Positions 1 to 13,414 of a DNA stretch of 64,000 bases are shown one piece after another. The stretch's first letter is position 1; each line of letters opens with the position of its first letter. This DNA comes from Acanthaster planci (lineage: Eukaryota), in the NCBI RefSeq assembly GCF_001949145.1, contig NW_019091356.1, positions 2,240,932-2,304,931 of the forward strand, read 5' to 3'. A program made the translations under genes and the position numbers. The notes beneath the pieces are model-generated. The model had not been told where the DNA came from and did not search any database. It worked only from the letters and a program-made list of their open reading frames with translations.

Positions 1-2837
1 CACGTAATTAAAAAACAAATCTATCAGAGCCCTCTCTTTCAGCAGTATATTGTAGGAGTGACTTTGATTTTTTCCGACAAAGTGGCTGTGCAAAACCATT
101 TGAAAATATTTGAATTCTTTCGTCAAAGAATTAGTTGTTTGAGTTGATGCAGAGCTTCTCAAAGGAAGAGAGCGTTTTGTGAATTTATTCCGGCAAAGTG
201 GTTTCAAGGATAATATTTGTTTATAAGGTTCTCCCTTTCCCCTTTGAGGCAGCCCGACAGATGTCAGTTGAAGTGTGTGTGTGTGTTTTTTTTTTTTTTG
301 GTCGTTCACAACCCGGGAGATAGAGGCACAATGGAAGGCCTTCCAGGCATCAGATCCGATTAGGCGGATTAGCTGGACCGTACTGCTCTGAAATTAGCGG
401 GATTAGTGCGGGACACGACCAATGGAGCAAGTGATATGACCAGGGGGATCGCATGTAGCTTGGCCATAAGCAAGGAAGAGACGCCCGATCTCACAGCTGG
501 CAGAACAAGGCCCCAGGGCCACTGTATAAAAATGTGTGTGGGTTTTTCAGAAATTGTGTATGAAATTTGCCCAAGGCCAGTGAGCAGGCAAACTCGCATC
601 TTTCAAAAGTGCAGGAGGCACAAAAACCATCTCGTGGAGTGTTCGCTCACTCGGTGTAGGTTCACAAAGTTCAGTGGCACCACTTCGGCCTGTTTCAGTG
701 CCGATGTTCTTCTTGTAAGCAATGTTTTAGAAAGCCAAGGTGCTTGTGTTAATTGCATTTCAGTATGTAACAAGCTTGATGAGATTTTCAGTCAGTCACG
801 CCTGGTACAGAGGTCTTTCCGGCAAGTGTACTCCTGGGAGAAATGAGAACAAGTGTAGGGCTTGGAAAATGCAGAAATATCACTGTCGGAAGTTTTCCTG
901 TTCTGTGTTTGTCAACTTTCTGTCGTTTCATCAAAGACTTGTTTAAGCTATGTAGCACAACAATCGACAAAAAAGTTCTTGATGTGTCATTTTTTCCAAA
1001 TATAAATCCCTCAAAGAAATAGACAGGATTTGGAAGATTGCTCTCTTAATGATAACCTTCTAACTGGAAATGCGACATAGCAGGATTCCAGTGACAAATC
1101 TCGTTACATCATTCGCAGACACGAAAATATTCAGGTTACATTGTCTTTGCGGGGTGTTTTTTGTCCTTGCAGTCTTGCACATATTTCCACTTACTGCCTT
1201 TGTAGCAGTTTGCCGTTTCCGGTTGAGTAACCACCCATGGTGCAAAATACTCTCGGGAGGTGGGGGAGCTAAAGCTCAGTAGATCATGGGTGATGATTGC
1301 TTTCTTCTCTTCCAGAATCCGAGTTTTGTGTTCAGTGTTTACCTAAATTCTCATGAAAGTAGACTCTAGAGATCTTTTGTTGGAAGGTATGCCCGCACTC
1401 TACGTGCCCAGGCCGCAATTTGGAGTTTTGATTTTGGATTTGCTCAGCAAGGATGACACGCTCTTTGTATTCCATTCAGTACGGTTTTGTGCACTTTGGG
1501 GCCTGTGCCTGATTCGAATGCACTTTTCCTTGGCACAATTGTGCTTCTGGTTGAAGGACATCCGGTAAAGCGCCAGAAACATGCTCACAGACTGTAATTC
1601 ACCTCGAAGGAGTGCTTTTTAGAGTGTTTTCAAAATCTGTCTCCCTGGAAGTTACCCTCCCACTGTTAAATTGGTTTAGTTTGAAGTGGGCGTCCCCTAC
1701 TTTGACTGTAGGCATGTTTTGTTTCAAGTCTACATTTGTACCAAAATCTTCAAGAATAGACTTCCCCATTAATGCTGTGTGCTTTTGGAAGGTTTTGAAA
1801 GGTCTGACAATTCTATGGCAAAATGGCCAGTGCATAGCGGGGTTTAAATAAAAAAGAGATACAGTGTGTTGGAATGCTGAGTTCCACAGGCCAAAATGAG
1901 TCAGATTTTAACAAGTTTGTTCAGCTGTAATCTAAGATTTGTTTGTTTGATTGATTAATTTTACAATTTACATGTATTTATCCCTGGCCAACACTTCCAG
2001 GTATAAATTTGGACTTGCCCAACCCTTCCAGGAAAATTTGCAAGCTCCATTCGTGTTCAGAAAAAAAAAATTACTATTTTCATAATACAGAAAAGATTAG
2101 ACCATTCTATTTGAGTCAGATGGAAAGTCTGTATCTAGTTGACATCCTGTTCAGGGCATTACGTCAAATTTGGAAGCCTTCCAAGGGAGTGGGACCAATC
2201 AGAGCAAGAGTTGAGACAATGGGGCGTGACTCAGTGACACGCTCTACATCACCGTCACAGTAGATGTCTGCAGCTGGCTGGGGGGGGGAACTGGAAAGCC
2301 ATTTTTTTTTTTCATTTTATAAAAATGATGCATTGAAGCCAAATTGAACCATTTTGTTGGTCCATGTTGTAATGTGTACATACATATACATGTTTGTTTG
2401 GAGTTCTTTACTACTTTGTGGAATGATCATAATTTGTTGTATTACATGTAGGAAGTCTGTTCCAAGGTTTTTTGCTGCGGAACTGTAGATAGTAGTTGAG
2501 GGTTTTTGATTAAAGATTTACACAGTGGAAAACATTGTGTGGTAGAATTGTGTTTGTTGTGAAGTTGTTCAGATTGTGAGGAATTTTTATAATTTCTTGA
2601 TGGTTGTTGATTTCATAGTGTCCCTTTTTTCCCCCTTCAAATTGCAGGAAAGAATGACTGGTGGATTTCTTGTCAAGTTTTCTGAAGCACAGCAAACTGC
2701 AATTGGATTCTTCAGGTTCTGACAAATCCAACATTTGAAAAAGGATTTGCTGGTGGAGAGGTGCATGTTCGTATATACATTGCACTCAGAGCAACTCCAG
2801 AACCCTCCCCAGTGTGAGATTGCGAACCTAGTTAACT

Positions 2838-5800
2838 ATGGGTTACCTGATAGTGACGTTGCGTTCCATACTGTGGACTGTCGTCAGTATTGGCATTGTC
2901 GTAATGCACGTCTTTGCCGTCATCAACCCAGACTGGCTGCTGCGGGACGACAGGTCCCTCACAGCCACGCTCGTGTCGACCACACCGGAGGATGCTCCAT
3001 CGAACACAACAGGGTCGTCGCTGAGACCAGACTCGTATGTCTCCGTCACACAGAGCTCAGCCCACGGGCTGCTTACACTGTGCCGAGAGAGGTACTCGCC
3101 GGGCGGCGTCTTGCACTACGCGACTGGTGCAGCCCAGGAATGCACCTGGATCGCCAGTTTCTTTGACCTGCCGATTTGGCTGTGGATGTTGACTGTTGTT
3201 TTCTACTGTCTGGGTCTAGCCATTCTGGGGTTTATCGCCATTGTGTCAATCTTCACCTTCTGTTTTAGGAGCATCTGCAAGAAAAGCATCTTCACTGTGT
3301 CGGGACTCATACAAGCAATTGCAGGTGAGTGGTGATAAGCGATGCTGTACAGTGGTACTTATGCTCAAGTACCCATTGTTTGCTCATACTCCAACTTGTC
3401 AAAATATCCCCAACTGAAACCATTGGTAAGAGTAGGATCTGAGATATTTTTGAGAGAGAGAGGAGAAGCTGGCATTCTGAACGAGATCACAGTCTTCAAG
3501 CAGCAAGCCGAGGTTTGCAACTTGCGACGTTTTTTTTTCAAGATATCATTTTTGATTTAAAAAAATATCAATATTGACCAGATCTGGGTTAACCATATGG
3601 ACCGTTCCCCCTCATGTCCACACTTGCTGGTGCTTTATTTTTCTTGAACTCTGACTGGGTCATTTCATTTCCTTATAAATATGCAGCACTTGTATGAAAC
3701 AGAAAGGAAAGCATTGTTTTGTGTTTTTGTTTTTATAATGAGGGGATACGCATGTACAAATAGATACATAGATTTACCCTAGTAGGAGCTTTTTCTTTTT
3801 GATATCTGCATTTCCAATGATAGTAGACGGTAATGGGTAAAACATCACTCCGGAATTCTCCAGAATTAATCATAAATTCGGATAAACTGCACAAAAACAC
3901 CTCCAGGATAATCCCGGAGAGCAATGACCACCCGGTTAGTACACCCCCCCCCCACAAGATTAAACGAGTGGTAAACAGAAGATTTTCAAGGAAAATTGAG
4001 TTTATTTGCTGATGACTAATCAAAACATGTGTATCTGCTGGGAAGTTTGACACCCTCCATGTTAAAACCACTGTATAGGGAGTAGTACAGGAACTTTGCA
4101 ATCATGGTACAATGAACATGTACATGTACATGTCCATGTACTTTGTGCATGCAGTGGAAGCTGTACAGTACATGTACATGTACATATGTCCATGTACATG
4201 TCCATGTCCATGTACTTTGTGGGTACATGCAGTGGAAGCTGTACAGTACATGTACATATGTACATGTACATTGTACATGTTTTGTACACACTTTACAAGC
4301 TGATGTGGGTGCGTAGTCCCGAGGAAATATGTGTGGGAAAATAATCTGAATTTTTTTTTTGGGGGGGGGTGTTTTTTCCCCACTGTTTGATTTGTGTTGA
4401 CCCTTTGGTCTAGAGTGACCTCATCCCTTCTCGTTGAGTGTTTTCTCTGGCCGGGGGTGGAATTCGGCATTCTGTCACAAAAGTACAGTGTAAAAAAAGT
4501 TGTGGACCTCAGATGAGTTCAACTTGAAAAAAAAAGGGGACACTATTTCATTTGGGGTTTGACAAGGAGGCACCCGAAAGGGGATTTGTTGGCAATGTAA
4601 GCAGTTCAACCGACGTGCAGTAGTGTCTGTGGGCATGGCCTGTATGCAGTACGTAGGACAAACTTGTAGATTTTGGTCAGGCTGAAATTCTTTATCAGGC
4701 CATTGTACGCTACATGGGATTGAAATTTCCATGAAGAAAAAGTTGCTCAAAATCTTGCGCTTGAGAGGAAGGAAGGAGAGAACACACCAAAAAAAAAAAA
4801 AAAAAGCCAAGCGTATGTAGTTTCTCAGTATTGAAATAAGATTTACCAAATAGTGATTGCCCAATTTAAACTCATTGCCCAATTGAGACTCATCAAGCAT
4901 CAGTTTGAGTGGCCTTTTTGTGATTGACAATAACATATCACCCCACAGGAAATTGGTCATACAAACTGTCTGCGGCTATACAGTCTGCCAGTTTTCAATT
5001 TATAGATGGTCGTGAATTGACCTCCTGTTTCTCAGCAATTCCAGTGTCAAACCTTTGCAAATACGGTTCTTGAAACAATTTCACATAATCTTTGTGAAAT
5101 CTTTGCGAAGATACCGACTTACCGAGACTGTTACCATTCCTTGCTCGGGGGGGGGGGATGATTGGATGGGAGGGAGAGACAATGTCGGATTATAAAAGGT
5201 CAGATATGGTAAAAGCAATTTTTTTAAATGAATTTTTTGGTGCTTTTACGGTACTTCAAAATGTGTGCGTTCTCCCCACTAATAATAAGACCTGGAATGA
5301 CATGCTTTGCACGCATGTCATGTGCATTTTTTCCTGTGGAAATCCAGTAAAGCATAGGGCTGTCCCGAATATCCGGAAATTCGATCGAGTATCGAATATT
5401 TGAATATTATTTTCCGAATTCGAATATTCGAAGCAAAATTAATGAAAACGAAGGGAAAATTCTCTTTTGTTTTAAATGTGAAAAAATTGCACGATGGAGC
5501 CTTGGAGGCTTGCTTCAAGCAGACTCAAATGAAAAGCGACAGAAATCTTATAAAGATTGAAAAATTCATTTATGCATTACAAAATTTTAAAGGACAAGAA
5601 GTATTGTTCATCACTAAATCTTGCTAAATCATGGCTGGAGATACCAGTACTCCCAGACACAAGAAGCTATTATTACAGTGATTAAAATGTACAATGTTGT
5701 GCATTATTGCAAAGTTCTGATTTTGTATATGGATTGTTCATCAACAATCTGCCTGTCAGTTCGAACAAATATTCGGATATTCGATTGAATTGAAGGTCGA

Positions 5801-8800
5801 ATATTCAAATAGCGAATTATTTGAATTGACTCAGCCGTAGAAAAGCACACATGTATGTAAATAAAAATATGTATCATTTCCACCAGTCAAGGCTCAGATT
5901 TGGTTCGATAGAGCGGTTGTACCATCCTGTGCTTGGCTTAAGGGCATTCTGGCTTTTTTTTTTTTTCACAAAAGTCACCATACATCAGGTGACTTAATTA
6001 TGCCCTTCTGACGAAACCATATTGCTTTATTGACTTCAGTGAAAATCCCCAAGAAGTGACTGTATGTGGTTATATACGGTGTCCCCGCATTCTGACTGGC
6101 TCTTGAATATGGGTAAAAGGCCGACAGGCTGATGATATAGTCTCTTCAAGGGCAGGCGCTTGCCGGCAGCTGTAGGAACAACGGGAGACACTGTTGTGGT
6201 TTTTTTTTAACAACCTCTTCAAAAGCTGAGGTGTGTGATAAACAATAGCAAATTTGGTTACCAGCTCTGGGGCAGAAGTGGGTGAAGAAAATTGGGGGAA
6301 GTGCTTCAGAACAGGCCAGCGCAAGTCCCTTTGTGGTTTCCAAGGTTTTTATCACTGGAAAATGTAAACAGTCACTTCAGACTGGCCTGGGCATTACAGT
6401 GAAATAAACTAAGAAAGATTAGGGGATTTTGGTTTGGTGTCTGACAATTTGTAACATTTGGGAAGTGGTCTCACAAAAATCAGTCCACAGTCATCAAATT
6501 TGGAAGTGGAAATAGAATACATGTACATGTATATGTATGCCATTTTTAATGAAACTGGTCTTCATGTAAGAACAAAAAATGAGGAATGGAAGAAAGACAT
6601 TGAAAATTCAGCCTATTCATCCTGCACCCTTTTTGAAAATCTAGGAATATATCTTCACCGTTGCCGGGCAACTTTGTCTCACCGGTCGGATTATGCCTCC
6701 CGTGTTGCAATAGCTAGGCTTTTGAAAGCCTGAGAGTGGAGGATGCTGGATTTGCCGGTTGTCTTCAGTGAGCGGCTTGCCCAAGGGATAGAAATCACAT
6801 AATGGTTGCTTTGGTTGACCGAGGCAAATCAGTGAACAGCAAGGAAAGGGTTGAAAAGAAAAGCAATCTTATGACAATGATATGTACAACATTCCCTGTG
6901 TGGACCAAAATTTTGAACTCGGAATTGCCCATATATCTGGCAACTGTATACATGTACATGTATGTGAATTAAATGAACTTTTATACACAATTTATTAACT
7001 GCAAACAACCTTCTCTAGCTCCAGGTCTTTTGAAAATGTAACAGCAAAACCTTACAGAAGTACATACTCTATGCTCGGTGCAGTTCTAAACTGAAACTTG
7101 AATTTTTGTTCTCTCTCATGGTATTGGTTAGTGGCACTGTAAAATCCCAAGAGCTTTTGGTTTACACTAGGGAGTAGACCCACCCAAGGAAGTTTACTAA
7201 CACACATCAGAAATGAGCATCAGTGCAAATCTGCAGATCACACGAGGTTTGTTTGCACAGTCTGCTTATAACAGCTCTTTTTTTCAAGCTCTTTTTCCAA
7301 CATCTTCCAACTTGTGTCTTTTGCTCAGAACAGGGATTTATCTGTAACTACATGTAGCTAAGATTGAGATGGTTCCTGCAGTGCTAGGTAATACATGGAC
7401 ACCAATAACTGGGCAGAAAACAACCTACCTGATAATAGCGATCGCAGACATTTTTTAGGCTGTAAATATTTTGCTCTTATTACATGTACTTAGTTCCCGA
7501 GAAGAAGTTTATCATTCTGTAGTTCCCAGGCTGGTCAGAGCACACCTGGCTACTCTATAAAAAATCTGACCCAAATTTGACCCCTCTGAAATTAAACAGT
7601 AATCCCAAGCGCCTACCCACAATTCCCAGAAGAGGCTTCAAAGGTTGATGCCTTTACCACCAAGCGCAAGGCAATATTTGAGCCAGATGGTTTAAATGGT
7701 TAAACCATGGAGGTGGTTAAACAGGGATTACCAGCCAAGGGTTTTGGACGGGCCAAGTGGAAATTAAACATTCCATTTATCTGAGTGTGGTTCCCTGTTT
7801 GGCTTGTAGGTTGAACGCCCTAACAGGTGGTCACAAAATGTAAGTAGGGCATGCTTCATCATGGGTGTCTTTCCCTTGTATGAAGTGAAAGGTGACGGGT
7901 TTTAACACCTCCTTACAAACCACACTGTGGTAAGGAGCTGATTGACCTATAGGCTGCCTCCAACTTGCTCTATGATTTAAGCACAGATTTAAGAGAGAAC
8001 TGCCTTGTCTGCCCAAAGTGCCCAGTCAGAGGACAGCAGTTGTAAATCAAATTACCTGTACTGACAATCTTACTAGGAATGGAGTTCGGACCACACATTT
8101 GTTTAGCATTTGCCCAACCTACTAGTACTAACCCCCATGCTAGGCAACAACCTGCCTAGTCATCTCTCGTGACGGGCTGTGCTATCCAGGAAAATTGAAA
8201 CTGTGTATTCAACACCAGTAGTTGCGTGTGCGCGCTATGTAAAATGTTCTAAACTCACGCGCCTGCTGATCCAAATGTGTTCAAAATACGAAAAATGAAG
8301 TGAAAAAAGGCCAGTGCATGTGGCAATCTGTAGGAGGGGATGTCATTTGAGAGAGACCTGTAAGCACACCATCAGGCATCCTCTATGTCTAATGTCAATG
8401 GCATCTATTTTATCGGGTGCGTATTGTAAATCTGACGCCTCATTAGTCAGATGCGTCGTAAGTCCGAAAATTTGGACTTTGAGGCATCGGACTTATGAGG
8501 CGTCGGATCTGTAGGCCAAAATAAACTAATGAAGAAGCGTCGAACTTTTAAGGCGTCACACTAGATGGACTTTTAAACACATTTTTCAGATTTTTCGGAC
8601 ATGCCATGAGGCATCAGACTTTGAGCTGACCCCATCTTTTCACTATTGAAGTAAAAATCCTTTCACACTAAGCTTTATGGCATTGTTTGTGTTGCCTTGC
8701 TCGGTCTCCTGAATCATGCACACCCTGCCCCTCCCCCATGCATGGTCAAAAGAACTGATACTCGCAAGCATTTATAAGCCCCCCATAAAAAACCCTTTTC

Positions 8801-11163
8801 CTGTATTCCTATGGCAACAGCTAGTCTCTCTAGTTACTTTCAGTGTCCTGCTTTGCATCACGTTGACATTCAAAATGTTTACCCAGATCATGGTATGTGT
8901 TTGCCAACATCCGAGTTCAAATGAAAGGAAATCGGTGTACGGCCGTGTTTGATTACAGGATGTCATGCGTGCCTCCTCATTCAGTTGTGGTCCCCCCTTC
9001 AATTGCCGGTTTCACCCCCACTCACACTGGAAGAAAAATTAACGATGTTTGCTTTTCGGTTCGTGCTGTAAAAAAAAATTGAGAGGGCGATGAAGAGAGC
9101 TGAGCACTGCAGGTTTATTGGCATGTGGTCAAGGCCTGTGGATTGTGATATATGGACCTGAGCTTGGATGAGTTCCAACATTATCACCAGAAATGGGATG
9201 TTGACGCAGCAACCCTGGCAGAAAGACTAAGATCAACACATTTTTCCTGAGAGATTGTTCTTTGAGAAGTGTACGTTTCCAACCTAAATATTGTCCTGTC
9301 TTATCTTTAAATTCAGACCTGCTCTCGTGCGTGGACAGTTAACGGCCATCTTTGCCGACATGTACCTCGTGAGCACAGACAAGGATAATGATGAAATCGT
9401 TTCAGTTTCAGAATTTGTAAAAAAAAAAGATAATTCCTAGGACCTCTGTTCCTTTTTTTCTCAAGGGAGAAGTCCATTCCGCTTGCAGTTTGTTAACCTC
9501 AGTAGTTTTGAATCCTCCAAAATTGAGTGAATTTTTACAGTTTTCCTAGGATTATAACAACAGTGGCGTAGCAAAGGCATTTTCCGGGGGGGGTGCCAGA
9601 GTCATTTTGCTGACTTGTAATTTGTTTGCCAACCTTGTGTCGTGTACTATTCACAAAAGTGATTCATGGTACACTGCATTTCATGCTTCAGGGGAAATTC
9701 CGACTGCCAATGTATATCAGTTATGTACTATTTTGGATTCATTTGCCGACTGAAGCTCTATTTGCCGACTGGAATTAATCCCCCCCGGTCACTACGCCGT
9801 AAGGTTCGTTTTCTTATCCTTTTTTTGTTGTGAATAAAAAGTATATTTAAACTTTAAGGTTTCCATGTCGGGCATCGTAGGCTCGCTGTTCTAAGGATAC
9901 ATGTACAAAACATCAGTCCCACTACATTGAAAGCACTCAGGGGAATGAACCTCACAGCTCTGTCAAAACAATACAGGTTGCCTTTCACTCATTAGACCTG
10001 TTTGCCTTCCTCGGCAACTAAACTCAAATAGATCTCAGTGTGGTTGGTCCCAGTAGACCATCAATCAGACACATATTAAAACCAGCTCTGAATTCCGAGT
10101 CCATGACAAATTACTGGACCGAAACTAGACCGCGGTTCCATTACAGCTAATAACCTGGCTTGGGCAGACCACTATACCTCGGAACCCGCCCAGTGTAATC
10201 ATCTCCCAGAACAGTAAACATTAAAAGCAAAGGCCGGTTTGTTGAATGAACGATCTTTGAAGGGTGTTCGGTAACACAGAGACCTCACTTGATGGATAGG
10301 AAAGCTAGGCGCTTATTATTGTTATCAATTTGTGTGTATCGACGGCTTTAGAGCGTACATGGAGTCAGCCGTTGACATCCAGGCAATCGGCGGTCACTCA
10401 TGCAGGAAGGTGGCATACTGGTCATGACGGACAATTTTGCTACAGACGTCATCATCAAGTTTGGATTGGTTGTGGGAAGACTTTCTAGGGTAGTAGCAGC
10501 AGTTGGATTGTTCTGCTGTGCTTAGCTTTGTGGCACTGCGCCATGCTGTGCCACTCTACCCTGCTCTGCTGTTTCTTGCTCTGTGGCTCAACCCAGCTCC
10601 ACTTAGTGCAGCTCTGATCTTACATGGCTTCAGTTGGCTTGATAAGGATGATTGTGGGTCATGTACTGGGCCTGGCTTGCCTTGCTCATTGTAAACTCCT
10701 CTGGTGTGCATGACCCTTTTCTGCGCACCCTTGCCCTGCATGGCTAGGCTAGGCTAGACTTTGACTTGGTATGTTTACCTCAGCACCTTGTGCACCACAT
10801 CCTAGTTCTCTGCTCCCCATTTGACATCACAATCATCCCTTGGTAATGGGAAAAAAAATCTCCACATTTTCATCTATCCTTCCTCTATTTTTTCTCCAAA
10901 CTCCAGGTCTTCTCATCCTCCTGGGCCTCGTGGTGTACCCAGCGGGCTGGGGTTCGGATGGAGTCATTGAGCTTTGCGGCATGGATGCTGCCCCCTTCCA
11001 GTTGGGAGCGTGCTCACTAGGCTGGGCATTCTACGTCGCTGTGGCGGCCACGTTCCTCACCTTCGCCTGCTCGGTGCTGTCCGTGCAGGCTGAGATCGCC
11101 ACCTCCAGCGATGACGTTCAGGACGAGATACTGAAAGGGAAATATGTCATCTGTCTGCCCTGA
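2838..11163 (+). CDS. LHFPL2: LHFPL tetraspan subfamily member 2-like (TMHS/LHFP family), 247 aa
   Basis: Coding exons 2838-3324 (ends GCA G|gtgagt) and 10907-11163 (ctccag|GT CTT) join in phase 1 to give [18 protein letters not shown]. Motifs [49 protein letters not shown] and [14 protein letters not shown] closely match recalled LHFPL2. There are four hydrophobic segments. An acceptor at ttcaaattgcag|2648 implies further 5' UTR exon(s) upstream. Confidence 0.93.
4107..4290. repeat. (TACATG)n microsatellite with internal duplication
   Basis: TACATG/TCCATG hexamers plus two copies of CCATGTACTTTGTG..CATGCAGTGGAAGCTGTACAGTACATGTACAT. Explains the spurious MYMY/HVHV/CTCT ORFs. Confidence 0.9.
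5355..5839 (+). mobile_element. Non-autonomous hAT-like DNA transposon (MITE family A, copy 1), LHFPL2 intron
   Basis: Termini TAGGGCTG...CAGCCGTA (imperfect TIR), subterminal CGAATATTCG repeats at both ends, and flanks GTAAAGCA/GAAAAGCA (7/8 match, consistent with an 8-bp TSD). A second copy lies at 56493-57170. Confidence 0.8.
8415..8633. mobile_element. Small foldback/MITE-like element with GAGGCGTCGGA subterminal repeats
   Basis: The ends GGGT...AATCTGACGCCTCA and TGAGGCATCAGACTT...ACCC are inverted. Several internal (GA)GGCRTCRGA copies. Confidence 0.55.
9561..9798. mobile_element. Degenerate non-autonomous DNA transposon (CAGTGGCGTAG-type TIR)
   Basis: Starts CAGTGGCGTAGC with a G-run and ends with a C-run then CTACGCC. 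Internal TTGCCGACTG repeats. No TSD seen. Confidence 0.5.
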
Positions 11164-12865
11164 CGACAGACCAGTACTCAGGTGTTAAGCAGACCAAGGA
11201 GCATTGACTGAGCTGTGTTTAATTTTTTAAATCCGCACTAATCACGCAGGCAGAAAAAAAATTCCACTCAGAGCTAATTTTTCACGGGCTTTAATACGTA
11301 GGAGCCCGTCCTCTGCCAAAACAAGCAGATCACTCCCAAGAACATGTAGCAATACAGCTCTTTCAAAAATGCCACTGGCATGGTGAAAGTTTCAAGCTGT
11401 AGAAGCCAAGACATAAACCACCAAGATTTAGACAACCACTCCTTGGACTAAAATAAAAAAATAAATAAATAGGAGCCAAATGCTTTGAAGTCCTGACATA
11501 CCTGAATCACTTAACTGAATTTTTTTGTATAAAAATAAAATGTAGTTTTCTGTACATATCTTAATGTCCACAACTGAGAAGGCAAACATGCAGCAGTGTT
11601 TTTCAGACAGAAGTAAGTCAATTCCTGCATGTTTCCTACACTTCTGTACTCTTCAAATTAAAGGCGACAATCATAGAATAGTGTATGTGAACGAAACATT
11701 CCCCAAGTGACCAAGAAAATATTTGAAGGTTGCGCACGTACATATATGTAATAATTTAACATTTACAATCTTCTGTTTCAGTTTTTTTTTCGGGGGGGGT
11801 TGTTTTTTGGGCATTTTTGTGGTGGAGGCGTTGGGGTCGGCAAAGGTGAAATGGTATGGAAATTCTTGTGAATAACCTGAAAGAGGTTCGGAAGTTTACA
11901 TGGCATTGTCGTGGCATGACTAAACAAACTCACGTCCACTCTTGATTGGTGATAACAAGTCCCTGAGCTGATAACCCCAGCTGTAGAGGTCACTGTGACA
12001 TATCTGTTCTACCCCAGAAAATGAGAGAATTCCAATGCAGAATGCATCAGAGGTTTTGGGATGAAGCTATATTCAAAATATTTAGCGCAACACAATTGTC
12101 AAAACAACTCTTTTTGTAAATATGCAAAACATTTGTATCAGATGTTATCTGTCTGCATTTTCGTCAGTGTGGAACAGTACTTGTTTTATTTTCCAGTTTA
12201 TTTTATATTTTTTTTTGAAGAATGAAGAGTGTTTCTGATTGATGCAATTAATCTTAATTTTTTTCATTAATTGGGATTAGTTCATCTGACTGATAAATGA
12301 GGATAGAGAAATATTGAGGCGTGATTTTGGTTTACTCTGCTGCGACAAGCAACATAAAGGCTGAAGAATTAATGGACGTCATGCCAGGTCGTTCCATTCA
12401 AGGATGACTTTGATTCCAAAACAGGGAAAGTTATCACCAGTGAACATTTGAAAACAGTTTCTTGAGATGGTTTCCTGTGCTCCCCGTCGCCCAAAATATA
12501 TTTGGCTTCGTACTCCACGTCTGCTGAGCTTTATTATACAAAGGAACATTTTTTAAAAAGTTTCCCGTTGGCTGAATCAAACAATGCACGTACATATACG
12601 CACAGTCATCAGGCAGGTTTTGTACAACATGCATCATCTTGTCAATTTTAGTTTATTTTTCAAACATCGTAAATATTAATAAATATAACAGAGTCCCTGA
12701 AGCATAGGACTCAGGCCTGCAACATGAACTATGAGAATTTTTTGGGTAAGGTAGCTTCAGAGCCATATGAAAGAAATTACTGTCAAAGAGACAAAAGAAG
12801 TTTCAGCTTGGCTCCCTGCACACCCCTACGGGTTTCTTTCAATCGATTCATGTTCTGTACAATGT

Positions 12866-13414
12866 NNNNNNNNNNNNNNNNNNNNNNNNNNNNNNNNNNN
12901 NNNNNNNNNNNNNNNNNNNNNNNNNNNNNNNNNNNNNNNNNNNNNNNNNNNNNNNNNNNNNNNNNNNNNNNNNNNNNNNNNNNNNNNNNNNNNNNNNNNN
13001 NNNNNNNNNNNNNNNNNNNNNNNNNNNNNNNNNNNNNNNNNNNNNNNNNNNNNNNNNNNNNNNNNNNNNNNNNNNNNNNNNNNNNNNNNNNNNNNNNNNN
13101 NNNNNNNNNNNNNNNNNNNNNNNNNNNNNNNNNNNNNNNNNNNNNNNNNNNNNNNNNNNNNNNNNNNNNNNNNNNNNNNNNNNNNNNNNNNNNNNNNNNN
13201 NNNNNNNNNNNNNNNNNNNNNNNNNNNNNNNNNNNNNNNNNNNNNNNNNNNNNNNNNNNNNNNNNNNNNNNNNNNNNNNNNNNNNNNNNNNNNNNNNNNN
13301 NNNNNNNNNNNNNNNNNNNNNNNNNNNNNNNNNNNNNNNNNNNNNNNNNNNNNNNNNNNNNNNNNNNNNNNNNNNNNNNNNNNNNNNNNNNNNNNNNNNN
13401 NNNNNNNNNNNNNN
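12866..13414. other. Assembly gap
   Basis: Run of N. Confidence 1.

Noticed and set aside
406..846. 146-aa ORF
   Set aside because: GTG start and no recognisable motif; probably LHFPL2 5' intron.
4016..4470. Overlapping ORFs with MYMY/HVHV/CTCTC repeats
   Set aside because: They are translations of the stop-free TACATG microsatellite, not genes.
11161..11211. Stop readthrough at the LHFPL2 TGA-C context
   Set aside because: Only the +4 C matches (not TGA-CTAG), and the 15-aa extension has no evident motif.
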